A stretch of 55,183 nt of DNA, the filler included, from Bipalium vagum (taxonomy: Eukaryota): NCBI GenBank assembly GCA_037834085.1. It is 3 parts of 3 records of this genome, joined end to end, with 100 filler letters (N's around TTAATTAATTAA, not from the genome) between each part and the next. Parts side by side here need not be neighbours in the genome. Positions count along the whole stretch, not along the records: positions 1 to 16,457 come from JBBMKC010110478.1; 2 more parts are not named here. One strand, given 5' to 3'. A model generated the notes under the pieces. The model had not been told where the DNA came from, ran no database searches, and saw only the letters and a list, made by a program, of their open reading frames with translations. A program made the translations under genes and the position numbers. Each line of letters starts with the position of its first letter. Position 1 is the first letter of the stretch. Positions 1-14,350 of this stretch are shown here, one piece after another.

Positions 1-1687
1 ACTAAATTTTCGTAAATTATTTAAAATTACTCCTTAGTTACATAATTATCTATTTAAAATAGATAAACAAAAGTGACCCTGGGGTATGAGAACGGAATTT
101 TAACCCTCATTTTATTCATTATATTGTTTATATAATTATAATAACAATTAATGAAAAAAATATATAATGGATATACTTTTGAATTAATTTAACAAAATAA
201 AACACTTTTTTATTAAACATTCTAAAGATAAAGACATAATTAATGCAATTAATAAATTATATAATTTTATATTAACACTAGATGAGAAAGCCATACTTAA
301 TTATGTTCATATTAAGAAAGGTAAAGTTTAAAAAGATAATGTTAAGAAAGATGTAGATAATAAAGATGATGCTAATAAAGAAGATAGAGATAAGAAAATA
401 GAAGAAGTAGAACAATATTTAAAGTCAAATTTATTAAATCTAATAAATAATGAAAAGATATGTAAAAATATATTAACAATCGATACATGCTTAGAAGAAG
501 AATCGAAACTTGTAGATCAATTTAAAAAATATTTACACAATCAAAACCATTTAATAAATAGTACTCTTTTAAATAAAATAAATATTGGTGGTATTTATAA
601 ACATTTACAGTACCTATATCAATCATTTAAGAAATACAAAAATATTTATTGAGTAAGGATATACTTTTCAAAAAATCAGATTTCTATTTTGCATTAAATC
701 TATGTAAACATATATCTCTTAAATATCCAATATTTAGGTTACTATCAATCTCATTATATTACTGTAATTGTAATTTTGCTAAAATTAAAAAATTTATTGA
801 AAAAGATGAAAAGATTTCATAATAGCAGTTTCAATTCCAACAATCCTCCAATAAAAATACTTCCTAATTTTAAATTTGAAACTATAAAAGTATATTTATA
901 TTGTAATTTTTTGATAATGTTTTAATAAATCCTCTAAAACTTTTTTCTCATTAATAAAATTTTCAATTTTTATTTTTTCTAATTGTTGAATCAATGGATT
1001 AGAGGATTCTTCATCATCTTCATAGATGAATTTATTTTGCAAAAAATGGTATCGGACTTTGCCCTCAGTTGAGCTTTACTCATAAATAGGAGCAGTCGGT
1101 TTTAACATCAAAGATGTTCCAGAAACCTCGACTTCGTTTCGTTTTTCTGTATCATAAATTTTCATTGGGTCTTTCTCCTCCATTTTTTAATATCAATTTG
1201 AAACATTCTTCAGAAATTTACATTGTAAAGTATAGAGATGTAGTCTCAGAAAGCTACTTTGTAGTTAATATTAGGATAAAAAGATTTATAAAAATTTCTA
1301 TTTTTTTAATTCATTATCTTTTACAAAACGATGATAAAAAAAAAATTTCATAAACTTTTATATCTCTTGATGAAATTTTTAATTTAATATGACCACTATT
1401 TTCTCTACATTCACTTGAATATTTTTCTTCAGAATTATAATCAAAGTTATATATCTTGTAAGTGAACCTTGTTGTTTCATGATCCAATATCGTAAAAATA
1501 TTATATCCGTTCCTTTATAACTTTTAACATATGTTTTCTGTAAAGGTCTTAGATCAATCATAAAATAATTCCTATAAGAATTATACCAACCGAAAACATG
1601 ATAATTATTTGTTGTTCCAAAATTTACAATATTTTTGTTGTATATTCATTTTTGCCTGCAACTAATATTATTGTAAATTCACTTTTT

Positions 1688-1759
1688 AATAAAGTAGCTC
1701 AGCGGTCAGAAAAGTCCATGCGCATGTGAATGGTCCTGGGTTTAAATCCCAGTATCTAC
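1688..1759 (+). pseudogene. Degenerate tRNA(Ala-like) pseudogene or tRNA-derived SINE head
   Basis: A-box-like GTAGCTCAGCGG and B-box-like GGTTTAAATCC with T-stem CTGGG/CCCAG. The 3' half resembles tRNA-Ala, with CGC at the anticodon position. Acceptor and anticodon stems are broken. Confidence 0.5.
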
Positions 1760-2191
1760 GATTAATTTTCAACTAACAATCATTAAATTAATATTTTAGT
1801 ATTTGCGATATTTTATTATTAATATTATATTATTCTCCTCATCCTCACTTAATTTTTTTTATTTGTGCCTTTGGTAAACTCAAGAAGTTGACGTTTTGTA
1901 ATCTTTCCAAAAATAATAATAATAATTCATAACGTATTCTCCTTTTTAAAGAAAATTATAAATTTTCTCTGAAAGCCACATACTTGTCTTCCTTCTCATG
2001 TAAAATTATCAATAATTCAAAATAACTGAGACAAGATCTGAATGCAAATGATATGATAATTGATTAATTATTAAATCTAAATTCTAATCAAACAATAAAA
2101 TTACTTGAATCAAATTTCCAGGTTTTCTAACGACGGTACTATAGATTAATAATACTATATATAAATTGTTTTCCAATTTTTTTTATAAATA

Positions 2192-3811
2192 TAGTACGAC
2201 ACAAATTTATTTACGCACTCAATGAAATCAATCAAATTTATTTTAATTTAATTTTTAAAATGGTTATATATATTTTATTAATGGTTTAATATAAATACTA
2301 TATCTGAGTACAATTTTCAAAAAAATTACAGGTAAATTTTTTAAGTAAAATCAAATTAAATACAATTTTGTTAAAATAGTCCAATTTATGTTGACACATA
2401 TTTATTTACGCACATATTTTAAAGTTATGTATTTTTATCAATTTTTAACCAATTAATAAATTTTTTGAAACATTAAGAGTAAGTTATGTCTTTTATAAAA
2501 TTTAATAATTTTGTACAGATAATAATTTAATACATGTTTCAGAATTATGCCAAAAGTAAGGTAAATGAGTCAAAATTTTATAGGCATGATTGATGCCTAT
2601 AAAGGATGTGGCAAGTCGAATCGATGGATAGCAAACAAGATTGGAATAAGTGATAAGTAATAAACCATTAAGTATTATTTAAAAAATAAAGGCCAAAAAA
2701 TAGGGAAACGTTGACCAATACCCAAGCTCTCCTCTTCCACAGAGCGTCTTATAATTCGCAATGTCAGTAATAAAGCCACGTCAATCTCAAAATTGAAAAG
2801 AGAAATGAGTTTAAATGTGTCTAGAGAGGCTGTCAGAAGAGTTTTAAAGAAATCGAATATATTCACTTACCGAAAGATGTTGATAAAGCCACCTCCTAAG
2901 GCAGAACATAAAATTAAAAGATCGAATGGGCGAAGAACAAGGTATCAGGGGGTGAAGAATGGAAACATATCATTTGAAGCGACGAAAAAAAGTTTAATTT
3001 AGATGGCCCAGGTGGGTTTGTCTACTATTGGCATGATTTAAGGAAGGATGAGCTAGGTTTTTCTAAGAGGCACGCTGGTGGTGGTTCCCTCATGATTTGG
3101 CCATGCTTTAATTTCTACGGTAAATCAAGTCTTCCCATAGTTTCAGAAAACCAAAATCAATTGGAATATCAGCAACACTTAACAGAACATCTCCTGCCAT
3201 TTTTGAATGATTTCGGTGGAGAGAAATCAGTCTTCCAAAAAGATAACTGTAGATGCCATGTTGCCCGGTCCAGTTTACAGTGGCTGAATAACAGAAATAT
3301 TACAGTTATTCCCAGGCCACCGTATTCCCCGGATCTAAATCCGATAGAAAACATGTGGGGAATTCTTGCCCGCCGTGTTTACGCCGATGGAAATCAATTA
3401 AACACATTTGCTGAGCTGAAATCGACAGTTATTCGTTGTTGGGAAGGCATCGAGAAAAGTATTTTTAGAAAGCCTGGTAAATTATATACCAGATAGAGTT
3501 AATCAAACTATTTATTCACATGGATATTTAACAAAGTTTTAGCAAAAAAATTTTACATATTGTTGTGTTTTATTTTGAATAAAACTTCAAATTATATAAG
3601 TGCGTAAATAAATTTGTGTCGATTTTTTTTACCACCATCCACTTAATCTCGTTACTAAGTTAAAATTTTATAAAGAATTTCATAATAAACATTTGACATT
3701 AGCATGCTAACAGTAATGTATTGATTATAATTACAATTGACCAACTTACCCTCCTATAATCAGACAAAGTTGCACATTTTATTCGTGCGTAAATAAATTT
3801 GTGTCGCTCTG
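2192..3811 (+). mobile_element. Full-length decayed Tc1-superfamily (Tc3-like, DD34E) DNA transposon with IR/DR ends
   Basis: Inverted termini (CGACACAAATTTATTTACGCAC at ~2197 and its reverse complement at ~3785-3806) flanked by TA. Frameshifted transposase ~2547-3540 carries SDEKKFNLDGP, GGGSLMIW, FQKDNCRCH and PPYSPDLNPIENMWG; D-to-E spacing counted as 34. Confidence 0.92.
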
Positions 3812-4067
3812 TATAATACTCATGAAATTTAACAATAATATATATTAAAATATAATTTTTTGCTAGCTCTAAAAATGATATTCTTTTTTTAAATATTTAT
3901 TGATTTAACAAATTTAATTAATTTTTTTGTAAATTTGAAACTTTTGAATTAGAATTTGGTATTTGAATTTTACATTCATTAACTTATAAATATTAAATAA
4001 AAAATAATCTGTTTTTAATTGAATAAAAACGACTTTAAATGAGCAGTAAATTTAAAATTTCAAGTTG

Positions 4068-7000
4068 ATGGCTGATTTAGATGAAATTTCATATATTGAT
4101 ATTACAGATGTTCCAAATTTTTTGCCTGTTTGTAAGAAAGAATCCGTAATAATTAATGGCTCCGGTGCTTTAACATTGTAAGTTTTCACCAAATCATTAT
4201 CAAGTAATGTAAGAATAACTAGATTTGGAATTAACAATAAATTTTGTGAAGAATTTCCAAATGAATTACGAGGAAAACTGGCTCCCGACGAATTTAAATC
4301 CACAATAAAAAAATTAAATTATCAATTAAATAAAACTATGCCCATGAATCTAAAGTGGCTGATATGTGGATGTTTCTTTTGTTGTTGTACTATGGGCTGT
4401 TCATTATGGCCTGTTATTTATTTAAGTAAACGTACAAAACGAGATTTACAAAAATGTATAGATCACGAAAATCACAAGCTTTATAATAAATTGGGACTTA
4501 ACTTATCTGTGGTGAAACAGAAGACATCCGACAGTGCTACAATGATAGAATATGTAAAATTATTATATATTTAATTTCTTATATGAAAAAATATTTCTGA
4601 ATTTTAATAATTTTTAATTTAGGAAATTTATTGCCTTATTTAAAGATAAACAAAAATTGATGTTTACAAATTTTTAATCATTAGAAATTTTAACCTATTT
4701 CAATTTGTATTGTCTCCAGAATTCCTTTTTAACCTTTTATGCAGATACTACAAACTAAAAGATAATTAATTGGTCATTCAATTCTTTTGCAATTTTCACT
4801 CTTGTTTTCATTGAAAATTACCATGATCTAGTTTTTTGTATCTTAAAACCTATTTTTAGTGTAAAGATTCTTTTTTGTATTTTATTATCTTATGGTACTG
4901 AAGAAAATGAAAAGGAATGTTCATTATTAACTCATGCTGAACATTGAAACGATTGATTCTGTTCTGTTAATTTAATTAACATTTTAATAAGTCTTGATCA
5001 ATTAACAGGTTTTGAGCAATCGATTGAAAAAAATAAACCTAATTTGATAAACTGGTAGACCACTATGTAGAGCACCTCGACGATGCATTAAATCTCGACA
5101 AATATTGAAAAAGTTTGCCTGGAAAGTAAGGATGCATCCACCCCATAGCCTGGCACTATCAGATGATCGTTTATTTAGATCTCTGAAGAACTTTAAATGT
5201 GGTTAAGTTCAGTTCTATGCTGGAATATGAAGTACATGGTTAAATTATTCACCAAGAAATTTTTCTGTAGTGGAATAAAGACTGTCTTAAAAATATCAAA
5301 AGATTATCGATGTAAAATGTGCATCGATATGGTTGAAAAAAATACGATTATTCTGATTTTTCTATTCAATCCAATTTTTTTATGAGTTACGAAAATAACT
5401 TTAATATATGAAATATTATATCAGCTTTTCCCCAATCTACACATTTATCAACTCATATATAATGGCATTTACCAATTCATAAATCCAAATTGAGAGTAAA
5501 AAAAAACGATTTAGCTTCACAAGATTTGATTAACTGGGCCAGAAATAAGTTAAGTTGGAAAAGCACTTCACGATTGAATTAAAGAAAAACTTTATCCTAG
5601 CTTCTTATTTAGTTTGACGGGTTTTATTGTAGATTGTGGAGGTAAAGATTGAATTTTTTATTTAATGGCTAAATCAGACCTTTTTCAAGATTTGAAATTT
5701 GCAGTTGAAAATGTATTGGAATGTTGAATAGATCCAGAATTATTCTGTTTAATTAATTTTTAAAAGTACAAAAACGTCATTTATTACTTTTTAGGTATTG
5801 CAATGTGTCCCCCATTGGTTTTTTTTCAAAAACCGGTACCAATCATTTAACTTCGTAAAATTTCTTACTTCAATTTGCGTAACACATTTCCTACGCAAAT
5901 CGAAGTTGATCTGTGTTTAAAATTGTAATATTTTGGTGCTTAGACAAGCTTCATTTTACAATGAAGAGGTTAGTCAAATCGCCTGGTATCATAGTCTGGA
6001 CATCTGTTTATGCTATTGACTTGATTGAACCATATTTCTTTTCCGAAAATGTGACCGATATAAATTACTTGAATATGCTGAAACCTGATTTTTAATCAAT
6101 TACCTCAGTTTCACCAATATTATTTATGCAAAGTGGTTCTCCTGTACATTGGTCTTCAGCAGTTCAAGAATGATTATGATAAATTTTTCCTGGGCAGAAG
6201 GGGACCTATATTTTAGCCACTAAGGTCACCGAACCATACTACATGGACTTTTATTGTGTGGGAAAATATTAAACAGATAGCTTTCTTTCATCGCAAGATT
6301 TAAAACAAAGAATCATTAATGATTTTATCTATGTAAATCGAATTTTGTGAAAAACTTATCTGTTCATGATAGATTATGAAGTTGCAAGGAAGTTAAATGA
6401 GAATATTTTGAAAATAAATTTATGTGGTGTATATCCATTTTTATAAAAAATTTGTAAAGCTATCTAATTAACACCTGTATGTAAAAATCATGTTAGTCCT
6501 TGAAAATCAAAAAATTCATTGTAAAACACTTTTTATTGTTATCTTAAAGCTTATCAAAAAATTAAAACCAGATTTTAAAAATCTTGTGAAATAAGAGAAT
6601 AAATATAATAAGAGAGCAATTAATTTTAATCAGTTATGAGAACAAACATTTAATTTTTTATTTCTTTGTGAAACTATTTTTAGTGTCTTTAATGAAATTT
6701 AGAATCCAATAGACTTTTGATTATATGACTCTTAAATAATCTGATGCATACCTATATATTATTTTTGGTGCTCTCATCTCTTATATTAAATATTTAAATA
6801 ATTTCTAGTCAAGTAATTCATTAACATTTTTATTATTGGAAATGAGTTTTAGCGAGCACTTATTGAATATGACAATGTGTTAATGTTATATATTAAATTA
6901 TATTCATAAACATCTATCTAATTGTTAATCATTCTTCATAAGTTTTTTTAAATGTGCAGAATTTTAAAATTGACTATTTTATTAATTCAAAAATCGATAA

Positions 7001-10000
7001 TTTTTAAAATAAATTTAAGTCTGCAATTATTAAAACTTAAGTTTTGCCATGACAGAAGCACGAATGAGTTTTGTGTTATATATTATGATGAGAGCTTTTC
7101 ACAGCTTCATAAACTTGATCAAATTGCTTATTTATTAAATATATTGATACCTAAATTTTCTTTTATATCACAAGGCTGTGAAAGCGATGAAATTTTTAAT
7201 CAATTTTGTCAATTAAATTCGAATTATCCATTGTCAGAATGTTTTCTGCAAGTCACAATTTCAAGGTTTTGTTCAAATAATGATCATGATACAGAAAATA
7301 GATGATTTGTTTTCAGCGATAGAACGGAGATTTTTTTAAACTGTGAATAAAAGTGGAATATTTCGCAAAATTCTTAATTAATGTCAGCTTTGTATGATTT
7401 TAATTTTTGTCACCGGTTTTCAAATTTATGTTACAAATGAAAAAATATTTGATAAGATGCTTGAAAATATTTATTTTTAAACTGAAATATTGAAATTGTC
7501 CATCACAATTATTTTAATTTTACACATTTAAGCCGGTGAAAAATTGTTTGAAAAGTAATCGGACCCGTTTTATGGCATTTTATTACCAATTAGCTTAGAT
7601 AAGGCTCAGTACTACATTAATGTTGTGTCATGGTAATGGGTCAATATGTTTTATTGAATGAAATAAAATTGTTATAAAGTGTTATCAATTATAAATTTAA
7701 CTAAAATATTTTTAAAAATCCTTCAATAAAAAGATTGAAAATAATAAATCGAAGCTAAACTTTTTTAAAATGTTTTTGAAAAATACTCCATTTAAAATAA
7801 ATAAAAATCCCACTGAACTTTAAATTAGATTTTTTATTTTCTGTCAATAATGGAAATCAATGACACCAGATTTTGTAGACTAAAAAATTAACTATTTTAA
7901 CTGTAAAAAAATTTTTGGAAATATTTAAATTAAAGAGACATTATAAAAATTTTGATGGTGGCTCGTATCCTGGATTCTCAACTTTTGTTGATTGGTCGGT
8001 CACTCTAAATTCGAGAAAGCATTTAAAAATTTCAAACTTTTTATTACCCCAAATTTTTTTGAATATTTAATAAATCATTAATGATTTAAACAAAGCTGAT
8101 TTTTTCAACTCATGAAAATTTTCTAATTCAAAATAAATTTTATTCAGCTTTATTATATTGAGCAGAACAATCGAGAATATCATGAGTCAGAAGAATAATG
8201 TTCCTCTTTTCGTATCCAATTACCTTATTTGACCTTATTTATATTCTGTCACATTTTTATACACCATCAGTCATCAAATTACATCAACAAAGAGTGTGGT
8301 GTTCCGGCCTTTTTGTTGCACAACTTTATATCAATTTAATTAATTTTCACTTAATTTGGACCACTCTCGAGTAGCAGGTCGGTCAAATCTGTAGTTTTCT
8401 CTTTTATCTTAAATTTGGTATTCTACTTATTTCTAAAAAAACCAGTCTTTCAAGCGCTATTTTTTTGACAGTGGTTGTGTATATTATTGTAATTTTCATT
8501 ATAGTACTGTTATTGATACGATCACAATAGGTAATATTAGAGGCTTTTTATTAAATATAAAATTTTTAAAAACTTTCAGTCAACTGAAAAATCAAAAAAC
8601 TATTTATACTTCAGTAATATTGAAATTTAAATATTCTTTTTCCATCGCGAAGACTTAAACAATATTGAAAAAGTATAAGGGATGAATCAATAAATGAAAT
8701 TTTAAAAATATTTTAATACAAAATTATGTCATTTCATTTATGTGACTTTCTTTTTCTTTCATTGTGACTCATTTCTGCCAACATGTTTGCAATTTTAGAA
8801 CATTAAATTTCTTCTATAATTCCTTTATGACCTACATTGAATTCCATGAAGAATTTTAGTTAGGATAGAGAATTAGTATTTAATGTTATGCGATTTACAT
8901 AGATCAAAACATTTGAAACATTCGAGTGTTGTGAGAGGTATATTATCGTGATTAAAAAACCACTATCTTTTCAAATCTTATTTACCATTAAAGTCTTAAA
9001 GTGACGAGATGAACCAAAACCATAATCAATTTATTACTTTTATGGAACAATGGTGTGAATTTTAGAATTAAGAATAAACTTTATCACTATATTAAATGTT
9101 TTATAAAAGGAAAATATCAATCAATAATATAAAGCATGTGTGGTTCTTAATGTAATTTTTAAAGAATGGGTAAATTTTGAAAACTTGAATTTAAAATCCA
9201 TAGGTTATTGGTGTTTTGATTACATTCTAATTAATTCTGTGTAAGAATGTGATTAAAGTGAATCACTAGAATTCAGAATTCTATTTCTCAATAGACATAA
9301 ATGTTAAATTGTTACTAATTGGAAATATAAAATTTTCGGTTTTCTAACTTTTCAATTACAATTAAAATCATTATAAGAATAAATATCATCCATTTTAAAA
9401 AATTACATTTAAAATAAAGTTCTTGTAACTGCACTTCATATCTAAATGCAGATATTTCAGAATCTCTTGGAAGGTTCTTATCCCGTAATCCTTGCTTTAG
9501 TCTATAGAAATCTATGACCCAAAATATCTGTTTTTCTTCGAATTTTTTCTCTGCAATACAAAAAAATTTTTTTAATTTGAAAATCTTTTTTTCCACCACT
9601 TCTTAAGTATTTATGGCATATTGTGTCCATTACAAAAGTCAGTTTGATTTGAGATTTTAAAAGTTGTTTAAAGGTTTTCCGTGGTTTCTATGAAACATTT
9701 TGTATGATTTAGATTTTTCGAAATTAAAATAAAATATTCCTGATTACTGTATGAAGTATATTTTATATTAAGGTAATCAATATGATTGATAAACTAATCA
9801 ATTATATTATAACTTCCATTAATAATAATAATAGTCTATCGGAGATTACTTAATAATTAGTGAGTTTTAAACATTTACATTTAAATTATACAATTTTTTC
9901 AATAAACCTTTTCTTAAGAGTTCTTATTTTTTTGATATTAATATTTTGAATTAGAAACTTCGAAATAATCTTAATCTAATCTCGTTAATTTATTTTTCTC

Positions 10001-10719
10001 TTCAAATTCATTATTTTTTTTAAGTTTAATGAAACTCATATATCCAATAAATAATTGAAAAAAGTTTTATAATCTAATTATGATTTATGGGTATATTTCC
10101 CATTCATAAAAGAAAATTGATTATCAAGACAGTTGGGTTTTGTCTAAATTGAAATTATATTTTTAAAAGTTTATGAATTTTTAAAATAATAATTATCCGT
10201 TTCATAATACACGTAGAATCTTCATTTTCTGATATATAATTAAAAAATTATTCTGAAATCAAGTTTTAAATATTGATATTTTAAATTTTTTGCTTTTAAT
10301 TAATAAATATACAGGATCGTGTAATTATAAAATTTTGATTTCTAATATTTTTATTCTTCTAATGTTTCTCTATTAAATAATGATAATTATAAATATGAAA
10401 AAAAGATTTAAAATGTGAAATGAAATTTGCGATAAAACAAGTTCACTTGAATAAACTAATTTTTTATCACTTCATTAATTCGATTTTATATTAATAACAA
10501 GAAATAAATATTTATCGTTAATCAGCTGAGAACAATTATATTAATGACATAATTATGTGCTAATCATTTTTTACCTTGGAAATTAAAATGAGGAACGAAT
10601 GACACATTGGATTAGTTTTTAAAATTATAATTAAGAAATGTTATATTTTTATCTATGTATTTATTTAGGTATTAAAAATAGATTTCCTTTCAAAATTGGA
10701 TATTTATCGACCCGATTAA
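4068..10719 (+). CDS. CHIC2: Cysteine-rich hydrophobic domain protein (CHIC1/CHIC2 family), 3 exons: 4068-4177, 4223-4553, 10669-10719, 163 aa
   Basis: Spliced translation MADLDEI...GSGALTLFGINNKF..EFP..L.GKLAPDEFK...WLICGCFFCCCTMGCSLWPVIYLSKRT...MIEY|VLKIDFLSKLDIYRPD* follows CHIC2 end to end. GT-AG introns are 45 nt and 6115 nt. Confidence 0.93.
5075..5340 (+). mobile_element. Mariner transposase 3' remnant (intronic)
   Basis: Degenerate HPPHS..LSDDRLFRSLKN and FFCSGIK motifs, typical of the mariner C-terminus. Confidence 0.6.
5790..6480 (+). mobile_element. Tc1/mariner remnant, rosa/DD41D-like (intronic)
   Basis: VW...IEPYFFSENVT..NYLNML, MQSGSPVHWS..V and GPIF*PLRSP motifs with stops. 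Ends in TIR-like ACACCTGTA. Confidence 0.65.
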
Positions 10720-13700
10720 CTATCAATAACGATCATGACACTGATCGACCTCAAAACGTATTTCGTAATAGTAGAGTTCTGTTATGTCAGTTTCCTGATG
10801 TGCATTTCATTAATATTTGTACATATTATTGAAGTTTGTGTAAATACGATATTATTGAAGAATATTGAATACAATTGGTGTAGAAGAAGAAAATCGGTTT
10901 TCCTTATCATTAAAATACACATTGACTTGTCTAATTTGATTTTAAAGAAAATATTTACTTATTTTTAAGAAATATTAACAATAGGAACTTATCAATAAAT
11001 TTTTAAAATCGAGTTTAAGATAATTTTTTAAAATGTTGGTAATATAACGATGAGAATTTATCTAAATTTTTAATTATATCTAATATATAGTTCAAACTCG
11101 TTCATAGTCATTGATTTAAAACTTTGTTAATTTGTCTTGGAATTTAGAAGAAATTGAAAGATTTTATTAAAATCATTGTTTGTATTGTGAGATAAATTAG
11201 ATAAACGAACTATTAATTTAATCATTAGAATCTTGTTAATTTGTGCGAGTTCAATGCATAAAGGATAAAATTTAGGTACTGGTTCAAAACCATATCGTTC
11301 TCGACCATTAGTCATGAAACAAAAAACCTTGTTCTAAATTAGTTTGAAAAAAATACTCATTGTGACATTGAACTTAGAAATTAGCCCGAAAATTCTTGAG
11401 AATCTGTAATGTTTAAAAGAAATAAAACTACGAAGTCCTCTGATAAATTGATTAAGAGATATGAATAAAGTACCAATTAAATGCAATAGTAAAAACAATT
11501 CAAATATCAAATTTAAAAATAAATTTTATTTGTCCCTGCTTTTTCAAATTATTTTTTCGAAATCAAGTTTTTTTTATAATATTTAATTATAAAGGTACTT
11601 TATGATTGGCAGCTTAACTGGCTAATCAGAGACGCTAAAATGAACTGCAAAATAGTATAAGCCAGCGAAAATTCATTATTCTTAGTCCAGAAAATTATTT
11701 TTTTGAAAGGTATTATTTTCACAATAATTTTATTTTGCTGATCACGGTTTTCCCTAATACAACTTTAATTAAACATTGTGTTTGTTGAGACTGCCCGATC
11801 ACTTTGTTGATTTTATGTGACTGCCGAATGTTTCAATTTGTTTGATAGTGACTGTCTGTTGCAGTTCGATTGTTGTAAATAAAAAGGTCTCACTATGATT
11901 TTACTTTTAATTTAATTTTTAGTGTTCGTTTTACTGTTTTTGTTGGAGGATGAGACCGAGCTCATTAGGTAAGTCCAGAGCAACCGACCTGAACAAGAGT
12001 TGCGCCAACAAAATAATGGATTCATTACTATAAAAGAATCTGCTAAAATTTAGTTTGAATTAGTTATAACTTAGACTATGTAGAATGGAAGAGACATAAA
12101 CACACACATTTATGTCAATGGCGATAAACTATCATGGTTGGTCATCTTATTAACCATGTTAGATCTCTAAACTTTCTGGTGCTCGAATGAACTTTGCGAA
12201 ATGCCGATGACACTTTGATTTCTGATAGACTTATAGTAAAGAGGCCTATATCATGGAGATACTATACCAAACAACCATCTTTTCTGAAGGAGAATTCTAA
12301 TACCTCAATCTCAAAGTCACAGTGTCAACAACATATTTAGGTCTTTTTGTAACATCTCTACCAAACTATAAAACAAAAGGTATTTTAATTACAGAATTTA
12401 TGGGAATTGAAGGTACAATTAAAATCTTTTTGATTTATTAGTTTATATTCATAAATTAGTTTATAAAAATATAAAAATGAAAAAATAGAAATAATTGTGA
12501 ACATTATTGAATTATCAATTAACAAAATATATTCATATCAAGTTTACGAATTTGAAAAAAGAATATTAACCATTGAAGAAATAATTCTAAATTAATATAT
12601 TAATTTATAAAAATGAAGAAAAAAAATAAAATTATTATAAAATAATAATTCAAGTTCTAAAAATCATGTTTCTTGAATAGGTTAGTTTTTAATTGTTGCG
12701 TATAAGTAGGTAGTTTTAAGATTTTCAATTTTATTAGTCTTTTAAAAATTCTTAATATGAGCTTTGTTCAACAGGCTTCCTCCTGTTACTATAATACTTG
12801 GGCGTAGTAAAGTATGCTCGTGACTCCTCACTTTTTATAAATCGATGTGTCCGTAGCTCCTATCAACCTTTTCGAATCAAAACACCAACCACAATACCTT
12901 ATCCGCACCCTTAATAACTAAATCAAACTTTTACAATTTTTGGGTTTACCCAAGACACCCCCCGGGAAATATAACTAAGTAAAATTATAGAAAGAGCACA
13001 AATAATAATAATATTATTAATAATTAAAATTAATTGACACTCGAAAAGTAATTTAAAAATTCCCAGAAATTTTATTTTGAAAATACTTAGAAAATAAAAT
13101 AACCCTCTAAGAATAATTTTATTTTTTTAAAAAGCTTAAAAGAGGTATTTTAATAAATATTAAGGATCATAATAAAATAATTTTAAAGAAATTATTTGGG
13201 AATTTCATAATCAATTGCAACTATTTGTTGTTTTCCTGTAATATATCCTCTAATTGATTATCTTCCTTTAAACGAGCTTTCCTTCTTTCATTAACATTAT
13301 GACACTTTCTTTCTAACCCACAATACCCTGAACTTTATAACTTCCACCAACTTCTCCAAGCAATTAAATTATTCTCAAAAACAAGCAATTTCGTATCAGA
13401 AAAATGATAAAGAAAACAATAATAACTAAAATGATAATAATCAATAGAGAAAAAATACAAATGTTAATATATAAAAGTTTCAAAATAACACTAAAGAAAT
13501 TTACAGTGTTAGTAGCAAAAGAAAAATAAAAAACTTGTTACTACTTAAAGTTTAAGGTAACAATATAATGTACATTTAAATTGGAATCTAACTAATTAAT
13601 TGGTGTCTTAAAACTCAGCTCGAACAGCACAACATTTTTTGAAATAACAAGCACAATTCAGACGTTGCAAACAGTCAAACTAATCAAACATCAAGTAATA

Positions 13701-13859
13701 TCAGTGTCTGATAATAAAATAAAAATTTTTTTATAGATAATAAACTTCATCAGTTGATCACTTCTAAACAAACAATGACATCTATAATATAGTTGCAAAG
13801 ATAAGAAAAAAAATTATTGTTAAATCGAATTCAATAAAATTATTCTTAATTTAATAAAT

Positions 13860-14350
13860 TTAAAATTAAAATAAATATTCTCACCAACCCGAGATTCAGC
13901 CAACCTTTGGGATATCAGTTAGACATCTTTTGGTCGTCTAAGGACGACTGAGTTCTATAGGATTGGCACTACATCCTAGAATAATATAAACATTTACTTA
14001 CGTTCTATGGAATTCTTCTTTAGACAATTTGAATCTTGGGGCAATTATTCAACTTTCATTTTCTCTTTTATGGGTAATACTCCAATCCGGTCATTCACCG
14101 GTGCCTCATATAGAAGAGTAATTTAAGAACACTTGAATTTCATTTATTGCTTTGTCTGAGTAACCACTTAATACTCCATATAGCCATTACCTGCATGCAA
14201 TATTATCTGCCTACGAAGGCAAACTCACCCTGATCGGAGCATTAATGAAAAGTCCATTAAGATAGAATTAATGTGTTTGTCCTATTAAATCTAAAAGCCT
14301 GGAATATCTTTTATATTTGTGGAGACTACTCACAGACAAGGAAGCAGAAA
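13860..14350 (-). mobile_element. Possible non-LTR retrotransposon RT remnant
   Basis: Minus-strand LFINAP...S*ADNIAC resembles LFIND...YADDI. Heavily decayed. Confidence 0.3.

Noticed and set aside
280-652. Lys/Asp/Glu-rich reading frame at the window start
   Set aside because: Interrupted by a stop, no start or clear splice context, and no recognisable domain.
11760-13400. Possible LTR, PBS, protease and integrase debris (also RT-like traces near 51130-51300)
   Set aside because: Motifs too degraded to support a call by eye.
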